From the NCBI RefSeq assembly GCF_009914755.1, contig NC_060947.1: a stretch of DNA of 64,000 nucleotides; one strand, 5' to 3'. This document shows, piece after piece, positions 26,798 through 38,794 of the stretch (positions within the stretch are counted from its first letter, which is position 1; every line of letters begins with the position of its first letter). Source of the DNA: the human T2T-CHM13v2.0 reference genome, Homo sapiens. The position numbers and the translations under genes were made by a program. The notes beneath the pieces were generated by a model. The model did not search any database. It saw nothing but the letters and a program-made list of their open reading frames with translations, and was not told where the DNA came from.

Positions 26798-27240
26798 GGC
26801 ATTCCTTTGAGAGAGCAACCAAGAAGCCAGGAAAAGCCAAAGAAACACTGGAGAGCCTGGGGGAGGGGGGCCGAGGGAGATCGATAGGGTCGTCGAGTCT
26901 ACGCGGAATTGAATAATTACAGGATGGAGGGGAATGAGTCAACAACAATGACATTCAAATGCAACAATCATACTTGGATTTTGTATCACGGGTACGGTAC
27001 CTTTGGCTAATTGTCACCCCGCAGAACGGAGGGCTCCTGGAATACTTCTCCGTAGCGGTCGATCCTGGAAGGAGCCTTCTTGGGAACCAATTTCCTAGGA
27101 TCCAGTAGTATTCGCACTCCCCCTACCTGTCTGCGCGTAAGGGGCCAGGGGCTTTAAGGCGAAAGTGTGAGGCTTTAGCCTAAAGTGAGACTATTTAGCC
27201 GGGTTAGAAGGAGACGGGTTAATTATCCGCACCTTAGAAC
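24860..27240. promoter_or_regulatory. SLITRK4: CpG island: SLITRK4 promoter and non-coding first exon(s)
   Basis: Sharp rise in GC and CpG, GC boxes, (CG)n runs; minus-strand donor candidates after 25516, 25999, 26156, 27001 and 27127. Confidence 0.9.
26761..26794. repeat. (CA)17 microsatellite in the promoter region
   Basis: Directly visible. Confidence 0.95.
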
Positions 27241-30172
27241 TCCGTGGGCCTTTGGTGCAGAATGGGTTAAGCCGGATGATCTTGGAGCTGGGGGTGGGGA
27301 TAGGGGATAGGGGATAGGGGTTGAGGAAAGAGAGGCGTGGGACTGGGAGAGATGCCGCACTTGAGACCAAAAGAAAAAAAAAAAAAAAAAAAAAAAAAAT
27401 CTACTTTGGCTACTGAGCATGCCCAGTTCCCAGCTCAAGCCCTATAAGGGAGGCATTGTGTGCATTCCACTTCTCCGGGCTTTGGTGGTGACCGGGAGGG
27501 GAGTTTGACTGGGGAAGGGGGTGGTAGTTGGGAGACATTAGGGAAAGGGGGTTGGAGAACAAGGTTTGAAGCTTTGGGACTGCTCAGGAGGGACTGTGAA
27601 GAGAGAAAGGGAAGGGACCCACGGAGTACCTTCGGGAGACGGGGAGAAGGAGAGGAAATGGACTAAGAAAAGTCACTTCAGTCGCCCCTCATTGTGTATA
27701 CCAAAGAGGCTTTAGCAGCTGAATCTGAAATATCCAGTGGCTGCAAATCCAACGTGTGGATTGTCTAGGCCCCTTCTTCTACCCTTTTTGTTAGTGCTTC
27801 CACAAGAGATAAGAAATATTCTGAGGAAGGGCCAATGTTCAAACCAGTTTCATGCAAATTGATAATTTCGTTAATAAGCTTGTTAAGAAAATAAATAAAC
27901 CTGGGGGAGGGGAGCAGAGAGGAGTTGGCTATCATGTATGTATTTCAGATACCTGGCTTTCCTAAACAAAAGGCATAAACATTGGATGTGCTCCCATCCC
28001 CCAACCTTGCTGTTTTTTGTAGGAGCTTGGCTAAGAAAAACAACTCTCTCTCTCTTCGTGTCTGTGGGAATAAACTAGCTTTAGGTAAGTAGAGCTAAGT
28101 TATAAATGGGAAGTATTTCCCTAGGACTCTTGGTAGCCTATTATTTGCCACATTCAGGTAATACTGCCAGGCCCATTTCTTCAGGACCAGTGTGTTGCCC
28201 AATTTACTTATTCAAATCCCAGCGGCTCTAGCCACAATAGAGCACAACCGGTATCCAGAAATGTTCTTGCTTAAAAATGAAAAAAAAAAATCTTTAAGCT
28301 AAAACTAGCAACAGCTTTGAAACCAGAATTTGGCTGTCTGCCTGAACTCCTACAGTTAAACATTTACCATAATTGGTTGATGTTTAAAGGCCCCAAATCT
28401 AGGTAGAAACATCTGATGGGCAAAGGATTTATTACATTATTTGTGAATAATGGTCTACCTTCTGTATCATCTATAGTAGTCATTCATATACATGTTTCAT
28501 TGTTTTTCATTTTTTGTCATTTTATGGGACTTCCGTCAGGTTATATTCACACAAATGTTCACCGGGCACAACATGTATACAGAGATGCACGTACAATATG
28601 TAAATGAATACTTAAATAGATATGCGTGTATGGGCATATTTCTTTATGACCTTGCTAAATATTGTGTCGTTCATGAAGAACTCTTTCTCTACCTTCACTC
28701 CACATTGCCTTGAAAACTGTAATCATCCTCTCTTTTACAAACAACCTAGAGACAGAAATTGGGCAGCATTGGTAAAATTTATCTTATTCAATGTGAAATC
28801 CATTATGAAATAGCATTAAGGAAACACTAAAATATTTGTCTATAACAGCGTATGTAATTGTGCAGCTCCTTTTAGCAAAGTGAATGATGTTTCCTTCATA
28901 GGTAACAGCTGCAGAATGTTGAAAAATCCCTCTACTCTTGCACACTTGGACAAAACAGATCCTGCTAATTAATAACTCACATTTGCATTTTATTGTGTAA
29001 TGCAGTTTGAAAGTAGTAATGGGTATCAAAACAAGTTGGCATTTATTCTAAATGCTAACAATTCAGGAAGCTGAATATATTTTATCCAGATAGGTGAAAT
29101 GTTTGTCTTTTACTACAAATGTTAACAAGAGTCAATAGAATGAGCAAAAAAAGTTTACCTGAAAATTCTAAGTAATGTGATAACTGAAAAGGCCAGATTT
29201 GGACAGTAAATATCAGATGATTTAAATGCCTATCTTTATTCAACTTTAGAAACTGTTCTGAGACTTGGCTATATTTAACTGCAATAACTGTGAAATGTTA
29301 TTTTTCATATGGATATGGAGACAAATCTGAAAGCCACTGTAGCTAGATCATCGATAAATTACAATTCATAATATTCCTAAGAACTTATCTGTGATTAATA
29401 TTCAACTTTTTTAAATGAATGCTTTAAAATAAAATGTTTTGCTACTTAAAAAGATAAAGTGGACACTCATAAAATAAAACAGAAGTAACAACTTCCATGT
29501 TTTATGCTTATTTTGCTTTCAAAGTAATTAACCCAATCCTTTAGTCCCACAGTCCCTTTTCCGTCCCCTAGAACTACAGGTGACATCCCAATAGAACAGT
29601 AGGAAATGACACAGAATTGCTAGCTTAACAAAGGAAGTGAATATATACATAAATAAAAGTGTTAAGAAAACTCCAGCACTATTTATGGCCATTGAAAGAA
29701 AAACAAAATTGATGTTCTTCCTAAAATGTAAGCATGCAAATATTGTGAGTTTTGCAATACTCTCACGGTCTTCCTCCAAATGTTTTACCTTATTTCATCT
29801 TGACTTTTTAGGAGTACAACCAGAATCGTAGGTCTACACTGATATACTGTGTCTCCCTCCATCAGGGAAAAAAACAACTGCACTAAGAATTTCAACAAGA
29901 TCCTGTATACCCTTCGTTCCGAAGGCAGTTTGGAATTAAGTCATTAAAACACTACCAACCGAAAGTGATTATAATGCCAAGTCTTGGCCCTAGTCAGCGG
30001 TCTTTCACTTTCACTGTATTCCTCATTTATCTTGCCTTGTCTTAGGCTGCTGCTCAAAATCAAATCAGCCTTAATTTTCGTATCCAGGTATCACAGATGA
30101 TTCAGTGTATTTTAATATTGAAGATTTATTTATATTCTGGCATTTTAACAGTTACAAACTTGCTATTTCTCT

Positions 30173-30477
<305 letters not shown>

Positions 30478-30945
30478 ACACACTTGCTATTTCTCTAAGT
30501 GGAATACAAGAAAGTTCTTAGGATGTTAATATATCTTCTGGGAAGAAATGTTTCCATGATCAAATAAGTTTAAAAGACCCTTGGTTCCGTAAAGCTAAAC
30601 ATTTTATTTTTACTTTGGGATTTTTCAACACAATTAATTATGTTTAAATGAACTTTTATTTACCAAGGGAAAAGGGATATGGCATGTGGCATTTCACAGA
30701 CTTACTTAACAATGGAACCCTTTTTTCTATCTATATAATTTGAAAAACATACTAATAGCCCATTTTTACAAATTTTCTGGAATTTAGAACATGAAAGGAA
30801 GTTTTCAGATCATAATTAACCCATTCAATAGTAGCTACTGTCTGTTGAGTGCCTCTTCTTTGCTGTGCTGCCTACAAATATTATTTCACTTAGTTCTATG
30901 AACAAGGAAGGGATTATCATACTTATTTTAAAAATGAGGTTAAGT

Positions 30946-31258
30946 GACCAGGCATGGTGGCCCATTCCTGTAATCCCAGCACTTTGGGAGGCTGAGGTGG
31001 GGAGATCACTTGAGCCCAGGATTTCAAAACCAGCCTGGGCAACATGGGAAAAATCGTCTCTACAACAAATACAAAAATCAGTGGTGCATGGTGGCACATG
31101 CTTGTAGCCCCAGCTGCTTGGAAGGCTGAGGCGGGAGGATCACTTGAGCCCAGGAGGTCAAGGCTGCCATCAGCTGTGGCCATGCCACTGCGCTGCAGCC
31201 CAGCCAACAGACTGAGACTCTCTCAAAATAAAATAAAATAAAATAAAATAAAATAAAA
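30946..31258 (+). mobile_element. AluJ inserted in a MIR (about 30830-31330)
   Basis: GAGCCCAGGAGGTCAAGGCTGC J-type right arm, (AAAAT)n tail, MIR sequence on both flanks. Confidence 0.9.
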
Positions 31259-31413
31259 TTCAGGGAAGGTAAACAGTTTGCCCGAGGTCACATGGTGAGT
31301 AAGTGATGGTCAAGATTTGACCCCAGATCTTTGAGGTTTTTCCAGTACACCACATTTTCGTTTTCACAGGGGGATTAGGGAATTTTTAACTTTGAAAGCA
31401 GAATAGACTTGAA

Positions 31414-31680
<267 letters not shown>

Positions 31681-31989
31681 AAAGGGATAGATTTGAAAGC
31701 AGAATAAATTTTCCAAAGATGAATACTTGAGACATAAATGTTTTCAAGTATTAAAGTATGAATACTCAGCACAGGAATAAACAAATAAATGACATTAAAA
31801 ACAGTTCACATCAATTATGCATGACAAGGTCTCTTGAATCAACTGATTTTACCCTTTGCCAATAGTAGCCTTGTTCTATCCATTCTGCTCTTTCAACTCT
31901 CATACCTGAGTTGATTCTGAATCTGTGATGATGTCTCAAATGTTCCTTATTAGGGATAATCACTTTCACTATCACCAAATGAAGCCATG

Positions 31990-32024
31990 TGTATTAGTCA
32001 GTGTTCTCTAGAGGGACAGAACTA

Positions 32025-32067
<43 letters not shown>

Positions 32068-32089
32068 CACACACTTATATATTTTATAT

Positions 32090-32141
<52 letters not shown>

Positions 32142-32522
32142 GAGTTTATTAAGTAGTATTAACTCACATGATCGCAAGGTCCCCCATTAGGCTGTCTGCA
32201 AGCTGAGGAGCAAGGAATCCAGTCTGAGTCGCAAGGCTAAAGAACTTGGAGTCTGATGTTCAAGGGCAGGAAGCATCCAGCATGGGAGGAAGATGTAGGC
32301 TGGGAGGCTAAGCCAGTCTCACCTTTTTACATTTTCCTGCCTACTTTACATTCCCTGGCAGCTGATTAGATGGTGCCCACCCACATTAAGGGTGGGTCTG
32401 CCTTTCCCAGCCCCCTGACTCAAATGTTAATCTCCTTTGGCAACACCCTCACAGACACATCCAGGATCGATACTTTGCATCCTTTAATCCAATCAAGTTG
32501 ACGCTCATTATTAACCACCACA
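31990..32522 (-). mobile_element. MLT2A (HERV-L) solo LTR, MLT2A1-like, with an internal (TA/CA)n tract
   Basis: TGTATTAGTCAG...AATCCAATCAAGTTGAC...ATTAACCACCACA; TSD CCATG/CCAAG. Confidence 0.92.
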
Positions 32523-33381
32523 CCAAGCAAAGCAGTAGTGTTCATCCCTAGACTTATTCCAGTTAAGACAAAAGGATTGTTATAAAATAGGATACCAAAT
32601 GAATTGGAAAATGTGAGACTAGTTGATTATTTGATTAGGTTATATCAATTAACCTGACCTTCCATTTTGCTCAGACTTCTTTATAGTACAGCTGGTAACC
32701 TGGTGTCCTTTTCAGAAACTCAGGCATCAGGTGTGAATGTATTACAGTCTGTGTAGCAAGGCATTGGCTAATTTTTCAAATAACACTTCACTCAGAAATT
32801 ATTATTTCTAGAATAATAATAAAGAGGGGTATGTTGTTTTGCAGGGTCTTTGTAACTTTGGCCCCTAATGGGTACTTGTCCCTATGGCTAACTAGAACTA
32901 CCTATGTGGTTTAGAATATTGCTAAGCCAGGGATGCTGACAAAATAGTGTCTCTTTTCTATATATTCTCTAACTTGGAGAAATCTCACTGTCAAAGATTA
33001 GGGCCCAGCCACAAGCTCAACAGCCCTCAGACAACTCAAAGATAATAAAGATCATAAAATAAAAAATAGGAAGTTAATAGCTAAACAGTCTAGTGTGAGA
33101 ATTACTCTTATGGGCTGTAAAAGTTCCATAACACCAACTGAAGCTTTATCAGAGAGATAGTAAGTTGATAAAAATCTTTCTGTTTTTATCGTGTTCCACT
33201 CTATCTTGGGAACCACAGTGTTGTCCCTAGCTAGCAAAACATTATTGTTTTGCAAAAGCATTGAGGGTCTTTTTTTCAATGCTTTTATAACAATATTACT
33301 TTTCCTTAGAAATATAAACTTAAATCTTTCTTTCAAAAGTGATCTTAACTGGAGTGAGATAATATCGAAAAATAACTTGAA

Positions 33382-33637
33382 AGAATGGATGAGACTCACT
33401 ACTTGATAGCACAACAGGGTGGCTATAGTCAATAATAACTTAATTGTACATTTAAATAATTTAAAGAGTAATTGGATTGTTTGTAACTCAAAGGACAAAT
33501 GCTTGAGGGGATACATATCCCATTCTCCATGATGCGCTTATTTCACATTGCATGCCTGTATCAAAACATCTCATGTACCCCATAAATATATATACCTACT
33601 ATGTACCCACAAAAATTAAAAATAAAAAAAATAAAAA
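33382..33637 (+). mobile_element. L1MA1/2-like 3' end
   Basis: TTGATAGCACAACAGGGTG...TATGTACCCACAAAAATTAAAAATAAAA. Confidence 0.85.
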
Positions 33638-34344
33638 GTTGATCTTGTTCTCAGCTCCTCCTCCTTTGTTTTAGAGGCTCTTGAACAATTCAAAAGTTGG
33701 GTCAAAACCGGAGGCATAAAACAAGGCAGAAAAGGCATAATATAAAAATATGAGTTATGGTATGACTGTATTGCAATTGCTATATTAAAATAAAGTTTAT
33801 CCCTTTCCAAGCCTCAAAGAGTGAGTCAGAGGAAAGCAGAACATCTGTGTAAGCTAGTGTCATGCATCTGTGATTGACTACCTTCTTTTTCAGTTTGAAT
33901 TTGGAGCTGCTAATTCCCAACTCTGACTCAAATTGAGTAATGTCTACCCACGTAAGGTTGCCGTGAGTAAACAGTCCTCAGGTCCCATGTAAAGGGATCA
34001 GGGTATAGGAAAAATTGTCATCACAGAGAATTTCTTCTCTTTCAGGTGCACAGTTTGGTTATCAATTAGAAACAGGGTTTGAAGGAACCTCAAAGTTCTT
34101 CTAGTTTAAGCACTCACAAAACTGATATCTTATCAAATGAACACTCAGTGCTTGAATACACCCAGTCATGGGGAGCTCACTGAGGGTAAGCTCTCCAGTG
34201 AATTATTCAGAAAATTAATTACAGAATTTTTGAAATTGTTGCTGTTTTGTAAATATTCGGGAAACATAAAATTAGATCTATCAGGGTTTCAGGAGTGTGA
34301 AATTTGGAACCAGATGAACTTGGTGTTAATTTCTTGCTTCACTA

Positions 34345-34490
34345 TTTAATAGTTCTGTGATTTAGGGCAGTTAACTTCTCTGCGCTTTCATTGCCTTTTC
34401 TGTAAAGTGGGCAGGACAAACTCAATAGTCCTGAGTTTATGAGGATTAACAAGTATAATGTTTGACAAACACCTAGCACTGTGTCTTTCT
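34345..34490 (+). mobile_element. MIR
   Basis: GGGCAGTTAACTTCTCTG..TCTGTAAAGTGGG..TGAGGATTAA. Confidence 0.7.
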
Positions 34491-35161
34491 GGCAGAATAT
34501 TTTTATTTCCTTCTGTTTATAAACAGAAAAGACTTCCACATATACAAAAAAACAAATAATTCAGACCATGTATTATTTCCCTTCTCGAGTCTAAGGATGG
34601 CGAGTAGAAGAGAGTGGTTGGATTAATTCAGTGTATCTTTTGTTTATTTCAAAAGCTAGAACTATTATTTAAAAATAAATCCACCTGTTCTTACCCCACC
34701 TGGTATCCTTTACTTACTTTTCTATTCTTATTTCACATATTATTAGTTTTTTTAAAAGTTAATTTTAACAACAATCTCTGTAGAATTGAGGATTGCAGAC
34801 TCCATTACTATTTTTTAAAATAATCTTACGTGCCTTGCTTGCCAGACTAACCTAGAATCTCATCCTCTACATGTCAGACCCACGAAAAGTGGGTATTATC
34901 ATTATTGCAACAAAGTTCCTCATAATGGCCCTGGAGAGAATGTTAAAAATATCTTTTTCTGAATCTTATCACTGGTTTTTTTTTAGGGAAGCAAACAGGA
35001 AAAGAGAAAGGAAAGGAAAAAAATGAACCAACGTGTATATAGCTTTATTGTTTGTAATATATGTGCAAAAAAAGTTCAAGTGAGTTGGGGGCACTAATTT
35101 TATCATTTTGCCAGTGGAAATGTATATTTTTAGAAACTTAATGACTTAAAGAACTAGTATT

Positions 35162-35394
35162 CTTTTTTTCTATTTATTTATTTTATTATTATTATACTTT
35201 AAGTTCTAGGGTACATGTGCACAACGTGCAGGTTTGTTACATATGTATCCATGTGCCATGTTGGTGTGCTGCACCCATTAACTCGTCATTTAGCATTAGG
35301 TATATCTCTTAATGCTATCCCTCCCCACTCCCCCCACCCCACAACAGTCCCCAGAGTGTGATGTTCCTCTTCCCGTGTCCATGTGTTCTCATTG
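35162..35394 (-). mobile_element. Short 5'-truncated young L1PA (PA3/PA4-like)
   Basis: TATACTTTAAGTTCTAGGGTACATGTGCACAACGTGCAGG; exact 13-bp TSD AAGAACTAGTATT at 35149 and 35395. Confidence 0.93.
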
Positions 35395-37797
35395 AAGAAC
35401 TAGTATTGTTCTATCTAAGATTATTTTGTCATAAGAGTAGCATATGCTGTTTTTAGAGAAAAGCAAGTCAGATCTGACAAGGTGTGATGCAATTATACCT
35501 AAGATCACATTCGTGTGATAAATTATGTGTAAATTAATTCAATCTCAATCATCTAATAACTATTCAGACAGATATAGTGCCTATTGTATCCATTGTTAAT
35601 TGACTTTTCTTACAATATTCATTGTTGGAAATGTTGACATCTAACTTACATCATCTCGATTCTATTTATACCTTCTCTAGTAAAACAATTCTAAGGTTAA
35701 AAAAAAATATTCTAAGGATGGCCTCTAGACAACTTTTTTTTTTCCCCATATAGTTCAAGTTTTTGGGCATTTTACTTCCATTTATAGCTGAAGCTATTCT
35801 ATGAAATTTCATTTTTATTATCTTTATGGATGAAGAAATATCCAGAAAGCCAAACTACAGGATTCAGCCACTCAGGGCAATGAAAAAAAATCACAAATGG
35901 ACCATATAATGATTATTCCTTTCATTTCTTTGCCTGTGTTTTGAGATGTGAGTTTCCTGAGCCTTGAAAGGAGAGGAATTTTGTTGACAGTCATCCAGAT
36001 TTTCTCCTTGAGAATCTGTCCTCTGTGACATATGGCAGGCTATCCCTGTGAGGGGACCATGGTTCTGGGACTCTTATCTTCCATTCCTACCCCTCCTTGT
36101 ATACTTTAAGAGGATATCTGGACAAAGGTCAAAGAAACGCCATTTTCCAATCTAAAATTTAGTGAGTGGCCAGAGTTGTGCTGATCTTTTCTCCAATTAT
36201 GTCTTGCGAACAGAAAGATTTACATGATAGTTTGACGGTCTCAAAGTTACTACCAAAATTTAAACACGAAATTAAATATATTGACAAATTCTCTTTGGTT
36301 TAAAAGCATTTGTAAAAAGTTGTCAGATTTTGTAAAAGAGAAATTTCCGAGGTAAGGGTGTCTTACTGTAAAACAAGTTGAGTTTGGTAAGCAGTGGAAA
36401 CTCTGTAAGGAGATAGTTTCATACAGTATTTTTGTAGTAACAAAGGACGGTCAAGGACTGATGGTTAACTGGATTGTGGCTCAAAAAGTGAATAGTGAAT
36501 GTGTTTGGGTCTCTTTTTCAGCTCATTATTAAATATTATATAAGGTATCTCCAATTCATTTGAGATTCTGATTTTATCATTTATTAAGACTAGTGGCAAG
36601 AACAGACCAGCCTACAGGGGAAAATGGATAAAGGAGAAACAAATGGCATTTCAGCATACTCGTGCACACAATATCTAAATTACACATAACTCTCAAGCAG
36701 GTTTTTGTTCTTAGTCAACTCATTAACCACTTCAAGTAATTACCTTTTTTTAAAAAACGAAGCATATTGTCCTCTTTATCACTGATTGAAAATTCTGAAT
36801 TAAACACATTTGTACTCAGAGCTTTTCTGGGAAAGGGCAAATTTAATCCTGAGACTTCCTAGTCTTCCTAGTGAGCCATATCACATTGTGAACCACATAG
36901 ACATAAGCTCTCCAGAATTGAAACAAACCAGTACCACTCGCCCTTGCCATCCCCATCCTAATGGTTGATTTGATAGCTGCACATTGGAAGAATCAAAATG
37001 TACACCTAAAACAAATGAGCATGTTTTATTCTGTCCTAGTAATAGAAAATTATCTTTCCTTTTGTTCTCCAAGAACTCCAAGAATTTCAAGAACATATGG
37101 AGTTTTAGTAGAGGTGACTGACTACAAATAATCTGCTCAACCATAAAGTACAGTTTATTAAATCTTTATTGAATGCCTATAATTCATCAGACTTTGGGTG
37201 CCAAGGTGAAGGAAACTGCCTCTGTCCTCCAAGATCACTTAGTTTAGTGATAAAGCAGATGAGACTATGTTATACTAAACAATACTATATCATGTATTGT
37301 GTTATAATAAACAATACTATATAATGTATTGATTGAACATGTCCTTTAACTACTGACCGCTCATTCTCAAACTTTACTAAATTTCTCGGTTTTATAAAAT
37401 GTTGTGAAATACTATAGTTAAAGGCAATAATGGTAAGCTTCCATGGCACATATTCAAGGAAATTAAGAAAATCAGAACACTGCCTTCCATCACATGGCAA
37501 GGTCAACAACTTGTATGTCCTTCTGGAGATGACACAGTCCAAATTTTTGATATTCCTCCAGAATATAGAGTCAAAATTTACCATGTGCCAGGCATATTTG
37601 GAAAGTACATTAACAGGAAATGTTCTATAAAATAAGAAATGGAATCATTTGGAAGGGCCAGAAATTGAAGTAGTTCACATATGCAAAAGAAATAAAATGG
37701 AAGAAGATACCAAAACAATAAGGGTCTTCTCAAATTTGATTTGCAAATCATGAAAAAGGAAGAGATCCTCATGTTGTTTTCAGGGGTGTGAACATTA

Positions 37798-38794
37798 CAG
37801 TCCTCTCTTGGTATCTGTGGGGAGTTGGTTTCAGAACCCCCAGGATACCAAAATTCGAAGATGCTCAATTCCCTTACATAAAATGGCATAGTACTTGTAT
37901 ATAACCTATGCCCATTCTCCTGTATATTTTAAATTATCTCTAGATTACTTGTAATATCTAATACAATGTAAATGCTATGTAAATAGTTGTTATACTGTAT
38001 TATTTTTATTGTTCTATTGTTATTTTTATGAAGATCTTTTGAAATTCATATTTTAAGCTCTGGGGTACATGTGCAGGTTTGTTACATAGGTATACGTGTG
38101 CCATGGTGGTTTGCTGCACGTATCAACCCATCACCTAAGTGTTAAGCCCAGCATGCATTAGCTATTTTTCCTGATGCGTTCCATACCCCACCCCCCAACA
38201 TGCTCCAATGTGTGTTGTTCCCCTCCCTGTGTCCATGTGTTCTCATTGTTCAGCTCCCACTTACAAGTAAGAACACATGGTGTTTGGTTTTCTGTTCCTG
38301 CATTAGTTTTCTGAGGATAATAGCTTCCAGCTCCATCCATGTCCCTGCAAAAGACATGATCTCGTTTGTTTTTATGGCTGCATAGTATTCCATGGTGTAT
38401 ATGGACCACATTTTCTTCATCCAGTCTATCACTGGTGGGTATTTGGGTTGGTTCCATGATTTTGCTGTTGTGAATAGTGCTTCAGTGAACATATGCGTGC
38501 ATATATCTTTATAATAGAATGATTTATATTCCTTTGGGTATATACCCAGTAATGGGATTACTGGATCGAATGATATTTCTGGTTCTAGGTCTTTGAGGAA
38601 TCTCCACACTGTCTTCCACAATGCTTGAACTAATTTACATTCCCACCAACAGGGTAAAAGTGTTCCTATTTCTCCACAACCTTGCCAGCATCTGTTGTTT
38701 ATTGACTTTTTAATAATTGCCATTCTGACTGGCGTGAGATGCAATCTCATTGTGTCCACAGTTGGTTGAATGCACTGATACTGAGCGCCAGCTG
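37798..38794. mobile_element. MER2 (Tigger-type) split by a minus-strand L1PA8-10-like 3' fragment (about 38050-38755)
   Basis: MER2 start CAGTCCTCTCTTGGTATCTGTGGGG and end GTTGGTTGAAT..CAGCTG; the insert translates to the L1 ORF2 C-terminus. Confidence 0.85.

Noticed and set aside
24452-26954. Many 100-146 aa ORFs in and next to the CpG island
   Set aside because: Expected from stop-codon scarcity in GC-rich or purine-rich DNA; low-complexity translations.
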